A model generated the notes under the pieces. That model was given only the letters and a program-made list of their open reading frames with translations. It made no database searches and was not told the origin of the DNA. From Balanoglossus misakiensis (taxonomy: Eukaryota > Animalia > Hemichordata), in assembly GCA_040954595.2 (NCBI GenBank), contig CM082597.2, positions 2,602,449-2,666,448 on the forward strand: a stretch of 64,000 bases of DNA, written 5' to 3'. A program made the position numbers and the translations under genes. Positions 43,946-58,653 of the stretch are shown here, in pieces. The stretch's first letter is position 1, and each line of letters starts with the position of its first letter.

Positions 43946-46377
43946 AACAGTTGCAGTACGTTGCATCTCAACAGTACTCCCTCCTACTCTCCAACGTGTA
44001 TTATTACGTAAAAAAAAAATTGTTGAAATTTTATGAAAAGTAATTATTTTTGTAAAATGTATTTATATTGTAACGCACGAGTGACAGGACAAAGATTTAT
44101 TTATTTATTTGTTGTCATATTATCCCTGCCTGCAGATAGGTTGTTGACTTTGCTTGTTGTGTATTTGTGCTAACGTTTCTGTCTGTAATATGGCATATAA
44201 TGAATATTCATTATATTCTAATGTCCTCATTTGCATAGTCACTTGCAATTGGCAGAGAGCTCAGCCAATCAGATGGCTCACTATTGACCCTGATTTCAGT
44301 TATGAATATTAAATTAACCTATTGAAATCCTGGAAAAATGAATTCTACCAATGCAAAGTCTTGAAAATATTAGCTTACAAACTTTCTCTGTCAAATAGTT
44401 GATGATCTGAAAAAGAAATGGATGAGACAACAAAGAACTGTAATCGTCGACCGACTTAAACAAAGTTGAATTTCCTCTGCTTGACATGTTGTTGATCTTT
44501 CCTGGTGTAGATTTCTGAAAGTATTGACTTTTTTGTAAAATGTTTAAGGTATCCATGAATCTGAAAATTGTGGAGCATTTTGGCTAACATGCGAGCTAGT
44601 TTTTCAGTGACACTGTGATGCTGAAATGAAGAGACAGACTGCAGAATCCTTGAGAGAATTTCACATTTTCACCATGACAAACTTGTGTATAATAAAACAA
44701 GCACATGGTGGATATTCGGGTAGGAAGGCTTTTAACCCCTTTACAGTTATACTTTGTTGCAGTTCATTTTTGTCATCAGTTGTTTTGCTGTACCCACATA
44801 TACATGAAAACAGGGGACTGAAGGTGAAATCTATTTCAAGATTATCGTAGAAAAAACTACTTGCATGTAACTTCATTACTGTACATGTTTGGTCACAGAG
44901 TATGTTTATGAAATATGGGCAAGAAATTTGACACTGAAAGATCCAATCTCATACAGACTACTTTGGAATTCTACCGTAGCTAGGGAGTCTTACCAACAGC
45001 TGCTCATGGTCAGATGCCTTAGCTAGGTGAGAATTATTGATGCTAGTATCTGTGCAGATATTGTGAATTTGTTTTGCATAAATTGTATTGACTCTAATGT
45101 CCTTGAAAACTGCATTTTCAGTGTAATTGATGTCAGTCTTACATGCCTGGCTAAAAGTCAATCTGTATATTATGAATTTGCAGCTGCTTAGGGGGTGAAG
45201 TGTGTTAATGTTTATTTGGAGTGCCTGGGGGACTTGGCCTTCCAGGGGGGAAAAAACTAATGCACCATAAGCTGTAACAGATTTCTGAATTCAAGGGAAG
45301 ATTTTTAGACAAGTTTGTATAATTTACAAGAATGGATCTCCTTTTAAACTAGGGTCGTGCCCCAGTGCATCAAGTTGTGTAGCAGTCAGTGTATATATAA
45401 TTTTTGTAGGAGAACCGCACTAAGAATTACATAGTAACAATATATTTTTGTTGCATGGCCTAGTTAAGATGGCTGCTGCCAATGAATGTATGTACATGTA
45501 GTTTTGTACAGACTTGAGAAAATTAATGAGATAAACAAGAGAAACGGGAGATTTAGTTGATATGGCTTGTAAAATGGGTGACCCCCCTAGTTCACTGTAT
45601 CTGAGGCACCCAATTTTGCAATTGTTGTTTATGTTTAATATTATAACTGTCTATTAAGTTCCAGAGAAATAAAACCTATTTGTATATATTATTAAAAGAG
45701 TTCAGATTTCTTGGTGATTTGTTTCCAACTTCATAAGTGTAATTTATTCATTTTGGGTTGTGCTCAAGTCAGTCAGTGTGTGTGACATCTACATATCTTT
45801 TTGTGATGTTAATTGTGTCATTCTAATTTAAATAACAAATATCTTTCACCTGGCTGGCTCTCCAACCAGCCAATCATTTCCATTCACACATCTGTCATAT
45901 TTTAATTTGCCAAAAGACTCATTTAGCACTATGCATATTCATACCTATTCAGTTGAAGCCGGTAAGGCAGAATGGTCCCTTGTAACATGGAGTTCACTGT
46001 GTTTTCAGGTCAGTACATTTCCACAATGATAGTATTCAGGGCATGGAGTGTTTACTTAGTTACTTTTCTGTACAAGGTTTAATTTATGTTGTCTTCAAGT
46101 TGGTTTCAATGTAATTTTAGCTTGTAATATGTATTCAGTTCAGGCCTGTAGCCAGAACTCTCCCATGTGACGCGTTGCTCTGTGTTTTCAGTTTCTCTCT
46201 GTCAGCATTATAAGGGGATTGATATATATCTGCCAATACTAGTTTCCTGGCATGACAACTTCCTGAACATTTTTGAGCTAGGCAGGCGCATGTAATTTTC
46301 TATCACAAATTTTACAACTTATCGAGAATTCAGAAAATAAGATGGGCGTAGCCATATGTGATTTTTGAGAAGTGCGC

Positions 46378-46460
46378 CTTCACGCAGCATATATTTGACA
46401 CCATTTGTTTTTTCAAGTGCGACCTCACACAGCAAATATTCGACACCATTTGTTTTTCAA
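46378..46460. repeat. About 45-bp imperfect tandem duplication
   Basis: CAC.CAGCA.ATATT.GACACCATTTGTTTTT(T)CAA twice. Confidence 0.8.
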
Positions 46461-47996
46461 AGGCACGTACTGCGAGTCAAGTCGTGGACTACATCTCAAG
46501 ACAGACATCCACAGGCTACAGACATCTGCTGCTGATCAGCAATTATCAAAGGTAAGCAAAACATTGTTGGTTGAATATTCAGACATAAAGTTGAAAACAT
46601 ACATAATACCACATATAGTTTTATGATAAATAATGGATTGTGACCAATTTATTATTCTTGGTAAGTCAACTTAAAACTTTTACATAGCACAGGACGGCTT
46701 CAAAAAAAAACTTTTAGTACTGCACACACTCATTTAGTCATTTTAGTTTGGTGTCAAAGGTCATAACTCCATGATGTGATGTACATGTAATTTTCTTGCA
46801 AGGGTGAAATATTCATTGTCAAATTATCAGTTGATCTGGTCATAGTTTATAAAACATTGTTTGTACATGCAGATATAATGCACAATTGTGCATCATTAAT
46901 TATGAACATATCCATAAAATGTGATTTGTCGTAGCATCATTTTTCAATTTTGTCTGTAAAGCTTTCGTTGTAAAAATTGTAACTGTACAGAAAGATTAAT
47001 TAGTTTTTGACCAACAATGCCGATAATTATATAAACATGCATTGCAATAGTATGTGCTCTGCTGTAATAAAAAATACATAAAATGTAACACTGTCAAAAC
47101 AAACCAAATATGTACAGAATCATGCATGTGAATTTTAATACTAAATACTCTAGACCTAAAACTGAATCACTATTTTCAAGTGTCATAATGGAGATAATTT
47201 TTGTCACTGATTTGGACTGTAAATATCAACATACATAGAACAAACTGCGAAACCACATATATCAAAATATATTATTTGTAATGCAAACATTATATACACC
47301 ATTTTCCATAATATACAACTTACAAGTTCCTGTTTCCCAAACTGATTGTTTACAGAAGACTAGTCTATTTAACACTCAGATAGGACGAATCGTGGAATTC
47401 TGAAATAACATAAGATGAGCTAACATTTAATTAGAATTGCAAAATAGGATAAAAAGGGAAAATATTACTTGCAAATTCTGTAAACCAGAAAAGATTACTT
47501 GTATCCGTAGATATAACTTAGAAAACTTAAATCTACCAAATTTACAAACTTTAAGTATTATACTACACTGATAGTAATGCTGGGATATTCACAGTTAAGA
47601 ACTGTAAAGTATCATGTGAAAAAAAAAGATATATACATTTATGTATAGTCAGAACTGTATTGTAGATATTGTCCTAATGCCGTTGTTTTTACAATCTTTG
47701 GTCACTGTCAGCCACAGTACACTAATTTAACAATATTCATACAACTTAGGTAATTAGCAACTTTAATGTTGAAAATAAGGAACATACTAAGTTACATATA
47801 TAGTAAACTTGAACAAACGCAAGTATTTGAAATATCAGAACGTCTGTCGTGTAGGGGTTCTGAAACAAATCAAGATCTTGAAAGTAACTTAATTATATAG
47901 AAAATATCATAACTGACTTCAAATCTGGTACAATGTATAAAAGAATGAACATTTTGTTTTGTACATCTTAGAAAAGTCAAACATTTTCCACTAATG

Positions 47997-50900
47997 CTAT
48001 GATTGTGTTGGGACTTCGTGTTTGAGTTTTTCTATTTCATGTCGCTCTCGTTCATGGCGTGCTTTGAGTTCTTCCAGCTTGGCCATGTCTTCTTCTAAGT
48101 GACTATACTTTGAAGGGCTTCTCTGCATCTCAGGGCTGCCACCGGGCTGACCTTGACCTTGGTCTTGACCCCTGGCTTGAGGGACTGGCTTCTTGATCTT
48201 TCTGGAGTATTCAATTGCCTGGTCATACAAACATACCAGAATGGGTTTTTGTAATGAATGTTTGCAATACAGTGGAAGGTTTCATGCAATGTTTGAAGTG
48301 GCTATTATGTATCTTTTTCTCCATCAAACAAGTTGATGACATGTGTAAGTTAGATCTCACGGTTCTGACTTGAGTGCTGGCTACTCATTTAATATTCATA
48401 CTCAATTCATGTCTGTTGCAAGTCATACCCATTCATCAGTGGATGGATGTTATCATTGTTACATCTATGATCTAGGTCCCATTGGTCAAGTAGTCAAAAT
48501 ATGTTGGATGAGTCAGTTACATTGTTGAAGGTTAGTTGTATTGCTAGGTGAGTTAGTTACGTGGTATCAAGTGGCCACTTGTCATACGCTTGTAACTCTA
48601 CTGAGTTCACATGGCTGAACATACAGCAAAAAGGAATATGCAGTCTCCCTTGTCAGAGAGCACTACAGGTACAAGAAAAAGCAACCAGAAGCTGCAAAGC
48701 CTGGCTGGTACATTATACAAAGCAAAAAGAAAACACCACAGGATCAGGTGTACCAAAAATGACATGGGAATAGGAAAAGTTTAGTACATGTTCCAATGCA
48801 AAGTCAACACAAAGAATTATTATTCTCGGATGATAGAGGACACTAAAAAGCCCAAAATGTGGAAACATTTCTTATCAGTTCATGTATGTAATTATGCAAA
48901 CCACCTGCATGTTGCAATGCCTGTACGGACAAAGATGAATTCAATAATATGTTCAGTGACTTGGATACCAAGAAGTTATCCTCCATGTTTGTTATTTTAT
49001 TAGGACAGATTCTGTTCCGGAAACATTTGTAGAACCAAACTGAGTAAATTTTGAGGATGGACTATGTTGGCTTCATGTTTGAAAGACATTTCACAACAAC
49101 ACAAGACTGATTAACCAAGACATGGCATGTTAGACTGGAAGTGAAAAGACCCTAAATATGAACGATTTTTTTTTTTATCATAGGGTGATTTTTAATCATA
49201 GTTGTGGGTTTAGACTGTGCATATCTAAAATGTGATTGGGATTAGACTTTTTATTTATTAGTGGGACTGAATGTTTAGTGTGTATAATCTAGGGTAGACT
49301 TTTTTTACTTCTTTTTCTGTTGATTACAAGACAGACACTCTTGGCTCACATGACAACATACTGACATGAAAAAATGCAGAACACAATATGGATAGCATAT
49401 ATCATGCATTACTTTTACGCAACACTCAAACACTGAAGCCAAAATATCCAGTCTCTGCATATCGTCTTACTACAGTGTCCACTAGCGTCCACTTTACATA
49501 TTCTTTCTTTTTTTCCAGTCATTAACCCACACCGATACTCTAATGCTGAATAATAAGAAAGAATTTAGTAAAGTGGATTCTAGGGGACACGGTAGTTGAA
49601 AGACAAATTTTGTTCTGAAGAGAATGATAACTAACCAATTCTCTAGGGGTTTTAATCTCATCCTGATCCGCAACAGGAGTTGAACTGGCAGAATAGTTCT
49701 TTACTTTGGGTTTAGGAACGTGTTTAGCATAAACCAAACTCTGTAAAGAGGGATATCCACACACATTAATAATGGTCAGACAGTTGTTAAAAAACTTCAC
49801 AAAGCAAAGACAGCAAATGTATAACTCCAGCAAGAGGCTTTGATTATTTTCATGAAGTTTTGATCACAATAGGTATCTCTGAAACTACACAAGCATTCAT
49901 AAAGCTCAGCTTACAAACAGGGTAAGACAAAAGGATAAGCTAGCATGGATATAGCATGCACGCAAAACTGATGAGTAGATGTTGACTTTAAGAAATGTAT
50001 GATTTTATACATTTAAGCTGACTGAAGTTTTATTAAGTTCTTCCTTCTGGTCTGAAAACTCAATCCTACATGTGACAACAGATTTGCTACCAACATAAGC
50101 TGCTTGGCATTCCAACTGGACAGAAATCACATTTGCTTTTAATTATCACAGACATAAATACTTGTATAAACATGACCATATTACAGACTACATAGATAGC
50201 CAAAACAAATGATTCTGAGATCCAAAACTTAACTTGACTGAACAGAATGTTAGGACACAACACTTCAAGTAAGAATACAAAATTTCCGAAAAAGTCAGAT
50301 TTCCCAAAATACAACAAACAGCAATTGCTTGTAAAGACACGTGAATTTGGTTTCACTTGAATCCAAAAAATTCAACTGATGATCATAACTTTTAACTTAC
50401 CAAAACCTCTGTCCCTAGAAGTATAACTGGAATGCACAAGAATACAATTTTGGTCTAGCATTGTGGGCAAATTAAAGCAGTTTCAAATAATCTAACCTTT
50501 TTCAATCATTGAAATGCATATTTGGGGTACTCACAATCATATGCATTTCAGATCAGAAACTCACATGAAAATACCTCAAATTCTAAACCAAGATGAGTGT
50601 ATAGTTCTAGTCTAACAGAAATTTGTTGGCCTATGATAGACATGCATGAACTATGTGTTACAGTAATTAACAAAGTCTGGCAAAGTCTGACAATGAAAAT
50701 CATATATTAGCAAGGGAAACACATGCTAGGGGAGAGATAGGGAGAAGTAGGGCACCAGGACACAGCAAAGCAAGAAGAGTCCCTGTAGAGACAGCTGCCC
50801 TGAGTTCAATTCTCCTTTACATGCTTCCATCAGGCAAGGTTATCAACTACATGTACACTGTATGACTTACCACATGTCGCTTCGAATGGAGATCAGTCTG

Positions 50901-53900
50901 TTCAGATCCCTCCCCAGGCCTGGGTATTTTCCGGGGTTTCTGCTGAGTTAACGCACGCCTGTTCTGTTGAGCCACTTGTCTGGCATATTCACGACCCCTG
51001 TTCGCCTTCTCTTGCTGCACGAGAAAAATAACAGAGTTTTTCACAAATGAGAAACAACAGATCGAGGGTAATATTAACCATACAAATACTGTGTAGAGTA
51101 TCAGAAATCGATTATCAGAAATTGTCAAACGTACAATGTTTAGACAGAACAGCTCATTCTGTGTGACCCCTGTATATAAGGGTCAGCTTGGCACTACATG
51201 TATATGTATGTATGGTCACACCACAACAGCCAAATAACAAGCAAGCCAAGCTGTCAAATTGTATGCTCATGTACATGTATAACCGAACTGCCCTTACCCT
51301 TTCTTGTACAATGTCATGATCTGGTCCAAGTCCTCCAAGTCTCAGATCACTTTTCAAACTCCTGTAATCTTTCAGCGTGTACTGCTTATACTGTGGCGGA
51401 CCTTTCTTCTTGTGCATCATGGCAAGGTATCCACCTTCCTGACTTGCCCTGCTGGATCGGTCATCTGCAAAAAAATCAAAGTCATGTCCACTCCATTGTA
51501 TACTAGTAATTCACAGGTTTGAAGTGTACTACACTGCAGTTGCTTGCTTTGTTATATTTTACACTGATTTCCATTATAGCACTGAACAATGTAAATACTG
51601 TAGTGCGGGAAATTTTCACGACAGGGAATTTTCAAAAGCGGCAATCAAATTATGTTTTACTGCTTAGTAGAAAAATACAACTTTGTGTGTACAGGTACAT
51701 GAAACTATTGTTCAGTATAGCTGTCTCAATAACTCTAGCTGTAACTTAGCTTGTTTTATATTAAATGCGAGGATGTAAGATCATACAATGGTCCTGCAAA
51801 CTGTTGATTTCAAATCAGCTGATACAAGTAAATACAGTTATACTGGAGATAGGAAGCAGGCCTACCATTTGCATGTGCATGTATGAACTTACCTTTGTGG
51901 TCAATGTTTGGAAGCACACCGTATGGGTTAACTGCATGTTGGTCCAGCGGATGAGTGTAAGATAGTCTCGGAGTTTCCTCATAAAATTCCTGCACATTGA
52001 CTGCATTATTGTAGTCATACTCCCTAGGGTCATATTGCCCGGGAGCTCGATACGTGTCATTGTCGTCGGAGTATCGTCTCGTATGCCCAGGCATTGCGTC
52101 TGCAGGAAACATGGGCTCACTGCTTTGCCGGGCATACCTATTGTAACTGGGATGCCCAAAGTTTTGCGGCGGAGGTTCCCTTATGTTGGGATTGATGTAA
52201 GGGTTCTCGTAGTTCCGGTAATGGTCAGGTCTGGGAGTCACTTGGACATCGATGTCCATGTCATCTCTCTCCATGTCCTGGCTCTGACCTAATCTTTTTA
52301 TGTTCACATTAATGTCTAGGTTTACGTTTGGACGGTTTGTTCGCGGGGAGGGGTTTATTGGGACCATTTTCTGTTTGGGGCGTAATACTGTATCTGATTG
52401 AGTTCTTATCGGAAGGTTTCTTTGCTCCGACACAAGCTGTTTAGTCCACGGTTCGCTCACGCCCACCTTCTTGGAATTTCCTTGTTTGGATCCGGGCTGC
52501 TTGAACTTCTGTAAACTCCGAGACCTCTGAGCCCACACTGATTCTGGATCAATGTCTTCAGAACTTTCGCGTGAGATGTTCGGGAGTGGTGCATTGGGGT
52601 TCAGTGGTGGGGTGACCATCTTCTTCGCATGGAGTTCCGAGTACGTTTTCCGTGGAAGATCTCTCTTCACGTTGGACTTGTTCATGTCCACGAAGTTTGG
52701 AACTGGTTTGGCTGGAGATGGGGTCTTGTACTTCTTCGGACGGCTGCCCCTTCCATCCGGCTGTGATCTGTCGCTGGCACTTCCACCATGAGGCTCCGGA
52801 ACTTCCGGAGCAACCTCGGCATAAGGTGGGAAAGGTGGTCTCTGATAGTCCTCATACACATCTTGTTGCGGCTGCTGGTAATTGTATCTTTGCTGATTAG
52901 GATGAGCTTGCCAGGGTTGAGGGGGAGTTTGTTGAGGCTGGATGGGCCCTGCACCCTGGTATGGTACTCTTTGTCCAAACTGTTCTTGTCTCTGTATTTG
53001 GTTGTATCTGGGGTCATCGTAGCTGGGATGTCGTTGAGGTACCTGTTGATATCGTGGATCAATTGGTTGAGATGGTTGGGAGGGAGGGCCCTGTGGGCCA
53101 GGGCCGTAACCTTGAAATTGGGGAGGGGATGTGTGTTGGTTTGGATAGAAGGGTTGTTGGTAGGGCTGATTTGGTTGGGAGAATGGTGGCTGTTGTTGGA
53201 AGTCGTTTGGTGGATACGGCGGCCTGTATTGCTGTGGATCTTGATGCTGCTGATATGGTTGATACTGCTGCTGCTGGGGTTGTTGGAATTGCTGCTGTAT
53301 AGGCTGTTGCTGGTACTGCTGCAGTATGGGTTGCTCGTACTGCTGTGGTTGTTGTGGTTGGTACTGCTGGGGTGGAGGCGGTTGATGCTGAAACTGCTCA
53401 GGAGGCACCTGCCCCTGGTATCCCTGGGGAATCTGCCTCTGTTGGGGCGTCTGATAACCCTGTGAGCGTTGAGGGGTCTGTATGCCTTGTTGGGGTGGAG
53501 AAGCTTGATGCACTGGTGGCTGCTGTATATCTGCAACTGCTGTGACTTGAGATGATTGCTCTCGTGATGCAGGTATTCTCTGATTGTCCTCTGAGATTTG
53601 GTCCTTCGGGCTTTCTTCTGCAGGTGACCCTTTTGAAGATCGTCTGCCAGAGCCTGGTTTTGATGATCCACTGGTAGGTATGGCCTCACGCCTAGCGGAT
53701 GATCCAGAGCCCTTCCTACTTGAGCTCTTCCTACTGCTGCTACCAGGTGTCTGAGCATCTTTGGCACCGCTGTATTTCCTCCTTGAGGACTCAACAGAGT
53801 TTGGGTGACTTGGAGGTTTCGGAAGACGAGATTTCAAGACAAACTGTCTTCTTTGCTCACTCAATGTCAGTGATTTTGCACTAGCCGTTTCATAAAGCGG

Positions 53901-55328
53901 TCGTCCCCGATTGTCAACTGGACTTCCTTTCTCGTCCACAAAATGTTCTTCCTCATCGTCGCTTTCTTCAGAAATGTATTCCACTCTGACTTCCTCAGCT
54001 GGGTCATCAGGTGGCGGCACTGGTGCTGGTTTTTCCGGTGTCTTACTCTGCTCTCCATGTTTCAGAAAGCTCTGTTGATTTTGCTCCTTTATGTAACTCT
54101 GTCGCTTTGATGAATCTCCGCTCTTTGGCAAAGTTGATGAACCGAGACGGTTGTGCGAATGAGCAGAAAGACGTTTTGGCACACCAAAGAATTGATCGTC
54201 ACCCTCGTCAAGACTATCTTTCTGTTGATCATCTCTACCAGGAGTCGGTTGTTCTATGAACCTTTCATCTTCATCTCTGCGCGTATCTTTTGTACCTGCT
54301 TCCAAAGAATCTTCAGGCAAGGGATTGTTAGCACCAGTGTCTAAAGAATCTGCCATAATAGAAGCTCCAGGATCTCCATCTTCCTCTTCCTCTTCAATAT
54401 CTCGCTGGGCCTCAGCTTCTGCCTTAGCTCTAGCAGCCGCCTCCTCTTCTTCCATTCTTCTTATATCATGCAAAGATTTTGCAAGGCGTTCCCTCAGTTC
54501 AGCTTGGTATTGTTCTTCCTCATCTAGACTGTCCACAGATTCATTGTCTTCTTCTTTCTGAGGCTGAATTGGGTTTCTGTAATCATCCTCCTCCTCCTCC
54601 TCATCATATTGCATTGGCTGGCCATACCCCTTTGGGCTTGTATTGGGAGAATTACCCAAACCTTTATCCACACTTGGTGGGTACCTTTCCATGTTTTCAA
54701 ACTGTTGTCCGCCACTTCCACGCCTGTCCCCACTTCCGGCAGAACCCTGGCTTCGTATTCCGGGGGACGATTGCTGGGGAGGAGTACCCCTCACACCACT
54801 GCCTCTGCTTCCGGGAGGACGTAAACCATTTCCATATTTACTGCCTGGCGACCCAGACCGTTTACTGCCAGTACTTCTCCCTCCTCTACTTCCGGCAGAA
54901 GGCCCCCTAGGTGGTAGGCCATAGTCATTCCTTGCAGGAGAGCCATAGTTACTGCCACTTCCATTTTGAGAAATCGCAGGGCTTCTCCTTTGTGTTCCTG
55001 AGCCTGGATGGCTTAGCTGCCCACTTCCACGTCCACTACCTCTCGACAGTGGTGGCTCCTTGTTTTTGTTAGGATAGCTATCGTAAGGTTCATTTTGATT
55101 TGGACTAGCCTGATCAGTATCCATTTCTTCTGCTGTGTCATTCAACTGCATATTTGGATCTCTGTTTTCTTGTTCATAGGCATTTCCTCTATCACCCACA
55201 GGGCTATCATCTAGAGAATCTCGCGGTATATCTTGATCATCAACATCTTCAAAACGATGTGCAAATTTGGCATCCAAACTGTCCACTATCATGGGATCTC
55301 TGTCTTCATCATCGTACTCGCCTGACAT
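47997..55328 (-). CDS. JHY: JHY (juvenile hydrocephalus / C11orf63) homolog, ciliary protein, 5 coding exons, about 1357 aa
   Basis: Exons 55328-51893, 51464-51298, 51014-50871, 49740-49636 and 48218-47997 (4074 nt, phases close; in-frame stop just upstream of the ATG). C-terminal YKQYTLKDYRSLKSDLRLGGLGPD, REYARQV, YAKHVPKPK and LEELKARHERERHEI match the recalled JHY C-terminal domain. Long low-complexity N-terminal region. Confidence 0.85.
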
Positions 55329-58300
55329 GTTGTTGTTCAAATCAAAGTTCCTTCATGTTGAGATTTTCACTGTTTGATGATGGGCTTCCAAAACAGATAG
55401 TGTTGATTCCTTTTTTCCGTCAAATGTAATTTGTCCAGTCAGATTGTATCTTCGACGTTCTATGTACAAGTTACCACATTATGCATCTGGGGAGAAACAA
55501 CAAGGAAACATGAGAAACTCATTGAAAGAAAATTTGCTTTGTAAGTTTCATACATGTATGGTTACCTTGGGCAAACTACAATTGAACAAACCGGTGCACT
55601 GCAATTTGTATATATTATACAAGTACACCATTTCAAATGACGGTAGCAACAATAACCAATAGTTTACAAGATCTTGGCTCCATGCCTACAGTATATACAA
55701 GTTTCTTTGACCACAAGAACCTGATACACACAATGCTATGACGTTGCACATGTACACAACAGACCTATAGGCAAGTTACATTGTACAAGAAGGTCTGCCT
55801 TTTGTACTTCAGCCAAATGGGACCAAAGACCTGGTACACAAAAACTGGTTTTATTTCACATACATCATTTTCGTGTTTATCCTTGGTGTATTATGTTATT
55901 CGGGATTTAACCTTCTGTCGCCCCTGAGGAGTGGAATGACCCATGTGTGAAAAGTATTTAAGTAGGCAGTAATTGGATTACAACACTACAATACAGGGGT
56001 GAAACACCAACAAGTGAAGTAATTTCCATGTCTACTATTGCCATTTTATGAATTTTTGCATACACCCAAGTCGAATTCTAATTAAATCAATGGTAGACAT
56101 TAACTTTACATGCTTCAACTCAAAACCTACATTTTCATGTAATTCTATTTAAAGGTTGAAAAATACCAACATTTACAATACACTTGTAATATAATACTCC
56201 TGTAGCATTCCCAAGTAAACGCCAACTTATTAGGTTGACTTCAACATATTTGTCTCGGTTATCACAAGTTTATACCTGGATTTCCAGGCATGTAAAGTTA
56301 CAATCTTAAGACAGGAATTGTGATCACAGACCACAAGTAGAGTGAGTGTGATTTATTGACCAAGAAACTATTTACACTTCTTGCAATGTTTTTAGTTACA
56401 GCCAACAACAGAACACTTAATGCTCAAAAAGGTCAGCAGAGTCTGTGTTTGTTCTGGTTTTACAAATGTCACTGATTTTGTAAAGTCACCTCACCTTAAA
56501 AGTCAACAAATTAATTTCAAGAATACAAGTAGTCACATATTGTTTATGGACTATTTATGCTTCACTGTGACACAGAAAAATGTGGTACCTACCTACCTAC
56601 CTACCTACGTGAATATATTTAATAGCACGAGAGGAGGCTGTTCTCCGCATACCAGAAACTCTATCATCAACCTAACTTGACTTCATTGTTATTTATGTAG
56701 TGAATATTTATGAAGTCCAACACTTGATACAGGTGTTAAGGCTTGTGGATTGCCTTCCAAATCTAAGCTACACTGTACAGAACCTCAGAGTTTGCTCAGA
56801 TACATACATGTAGATATCATCGCCTTCAATGCTCTAATGGTAACAGGAAGACCTGTTTATACAGCGAGCCTCACACAGTTGTCTGCAACATGCTTTGTTT
56901 GCCTTGTTTGTGAATTTATGATACAAAAACTCATGATATAAAAAAATGAATAGTTGGCATTCCTTATGCACATGTAACAACGAAATTTATTTTATATTAC
57001 TGTAATAATTTAATGCTTAAAAACTCCTAAATTGCAAAAAAGAAAAGAAAAAAAGATTGTTTTATTGACAAGATCTAATCCCAACATTTCATTTCCATAT
57101 GACATGTAGTCACATTATGTATACTCTTTCACCTGTGATACTTAACCCGTTCCAGGTTTACATGAAATTATGTAGGCAACAAATGAATTCTGTTCACTGT
57201 ATCTGAGTAACAGCATGGCTACCAGAGTGACTACATTGGAATCCAAGCATCAGCGTTTGGGATGACTTATGTCTTTATTGTTGAAAAGTCTTACACTAGC
57301 TTTAACTAGACAAGATACTACATACTACAGTACTACAATATATGTTTTTGGTTCTTTTTCAGTTGCTGCCCCAATTCTGTGGAATGAGCTGTCTTTCAAT
57401 ATTAAAAAGTTGGATTAATACAATTATTGTGTGTTTACAATCATGCAAATACGGTAAGATGAACAGACAACAAAATTCTAATTTGCTTGATAGATCTAGT
57501 TAACATCTTACATGGCAAAGAATACATAATATACTTGTAGGGAACACATATGCACTGGTCTTCATCATGTGCTTATATCTGTTTTACCGAAAAACACATG
57601 TTGGCAGTTGCTTAAAGTGGGTGTATTATTAACTATTAAGTGTTAATTGTAATGATTTTATCACGTCAAACACTAGAAAAATACAGCTATGAAACCCACG
57701 TATTTGATGACTATCTCAATAGTTAACTTTGTTTAACATTGGCCTACTTGTTCAAGACATTGGAACATATGACTGCCACTATCCAAACTTTCCGACGTGT
57801 TGCTAACACGAAGGAATGCACGGGAAAACATAACACACGCCTCCCCCACAGTAGGTCGATATTGATTTTTGACTTGAAAAGTGAAGCGTCAATACTTTCA
57901 ACAATGACAAGACACGTTCATTTGCAAAGTTGTCTTTTCTTTTCTTTTCAACAGGATCTGAATCACTAATGACTATGGAAGAATGGACTTGACAACGTGA
58001 AAATTAAAATATCGACAAGGTTGGTAGATACCATACAACTTACAAGGCCACAAGGCCGGTATAATGTTTATATCTCTTAATTAATAATTCCAATTTTTAC
58101 GAGGCTGTATTATGTCAGTAATAATACAAAAATAAGTTCTGGTGCTACAGTGAGTCAAAATCTGAAAATTACATGGCGTGATTTCACATTGGAAATGTGA
58201 CAAGTCCCACGAAATACAACATAACCCTTTGAGTTGTCCAGTGTTAGGACGTCCAGCGATTTGACGATGGAAATTTAATCTATTTTGTAACAACGATCGG

Positions 58301-58653
58301 CATTCAGACAATTATTTCGGACTTAGCGTAAGGTTTACCGTGGATCATACTGGTTTGATTCTTCCCTCAGAAGCCATACGTATTTTTATTGGAATTTTTA
58401 TGCAGGTACTTAGAACTGTAGGGCATGTACATTTCTCGGTAGACAGTCAACTCTGGTCGTGGTGATGGAGAGTCGATCGTCGACGTTTCTGTGTTTCAAT
58501 TTAACGTCAGATGATTTGCTTTGGTGCGGAATAATGCCCTTGTATATATGCAGGTGTTACACAGGTTTCAAAACTCCCGATCTTCAAATTAACGTAAAAT
58601 GACCCGACGTAGTGTTAGTCTATTACCTCAATAATTTATGTGCCCGTACTTAC

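Noticed and set aside
52682-53794. 370-aa alternative-frame ORF and antisense ORFs over the JHY large exon
   Set aside because: Shadow ORFs of low-complexity coding sequence with no recognisable domain; likewise 39817-40392 and 60847-61452.
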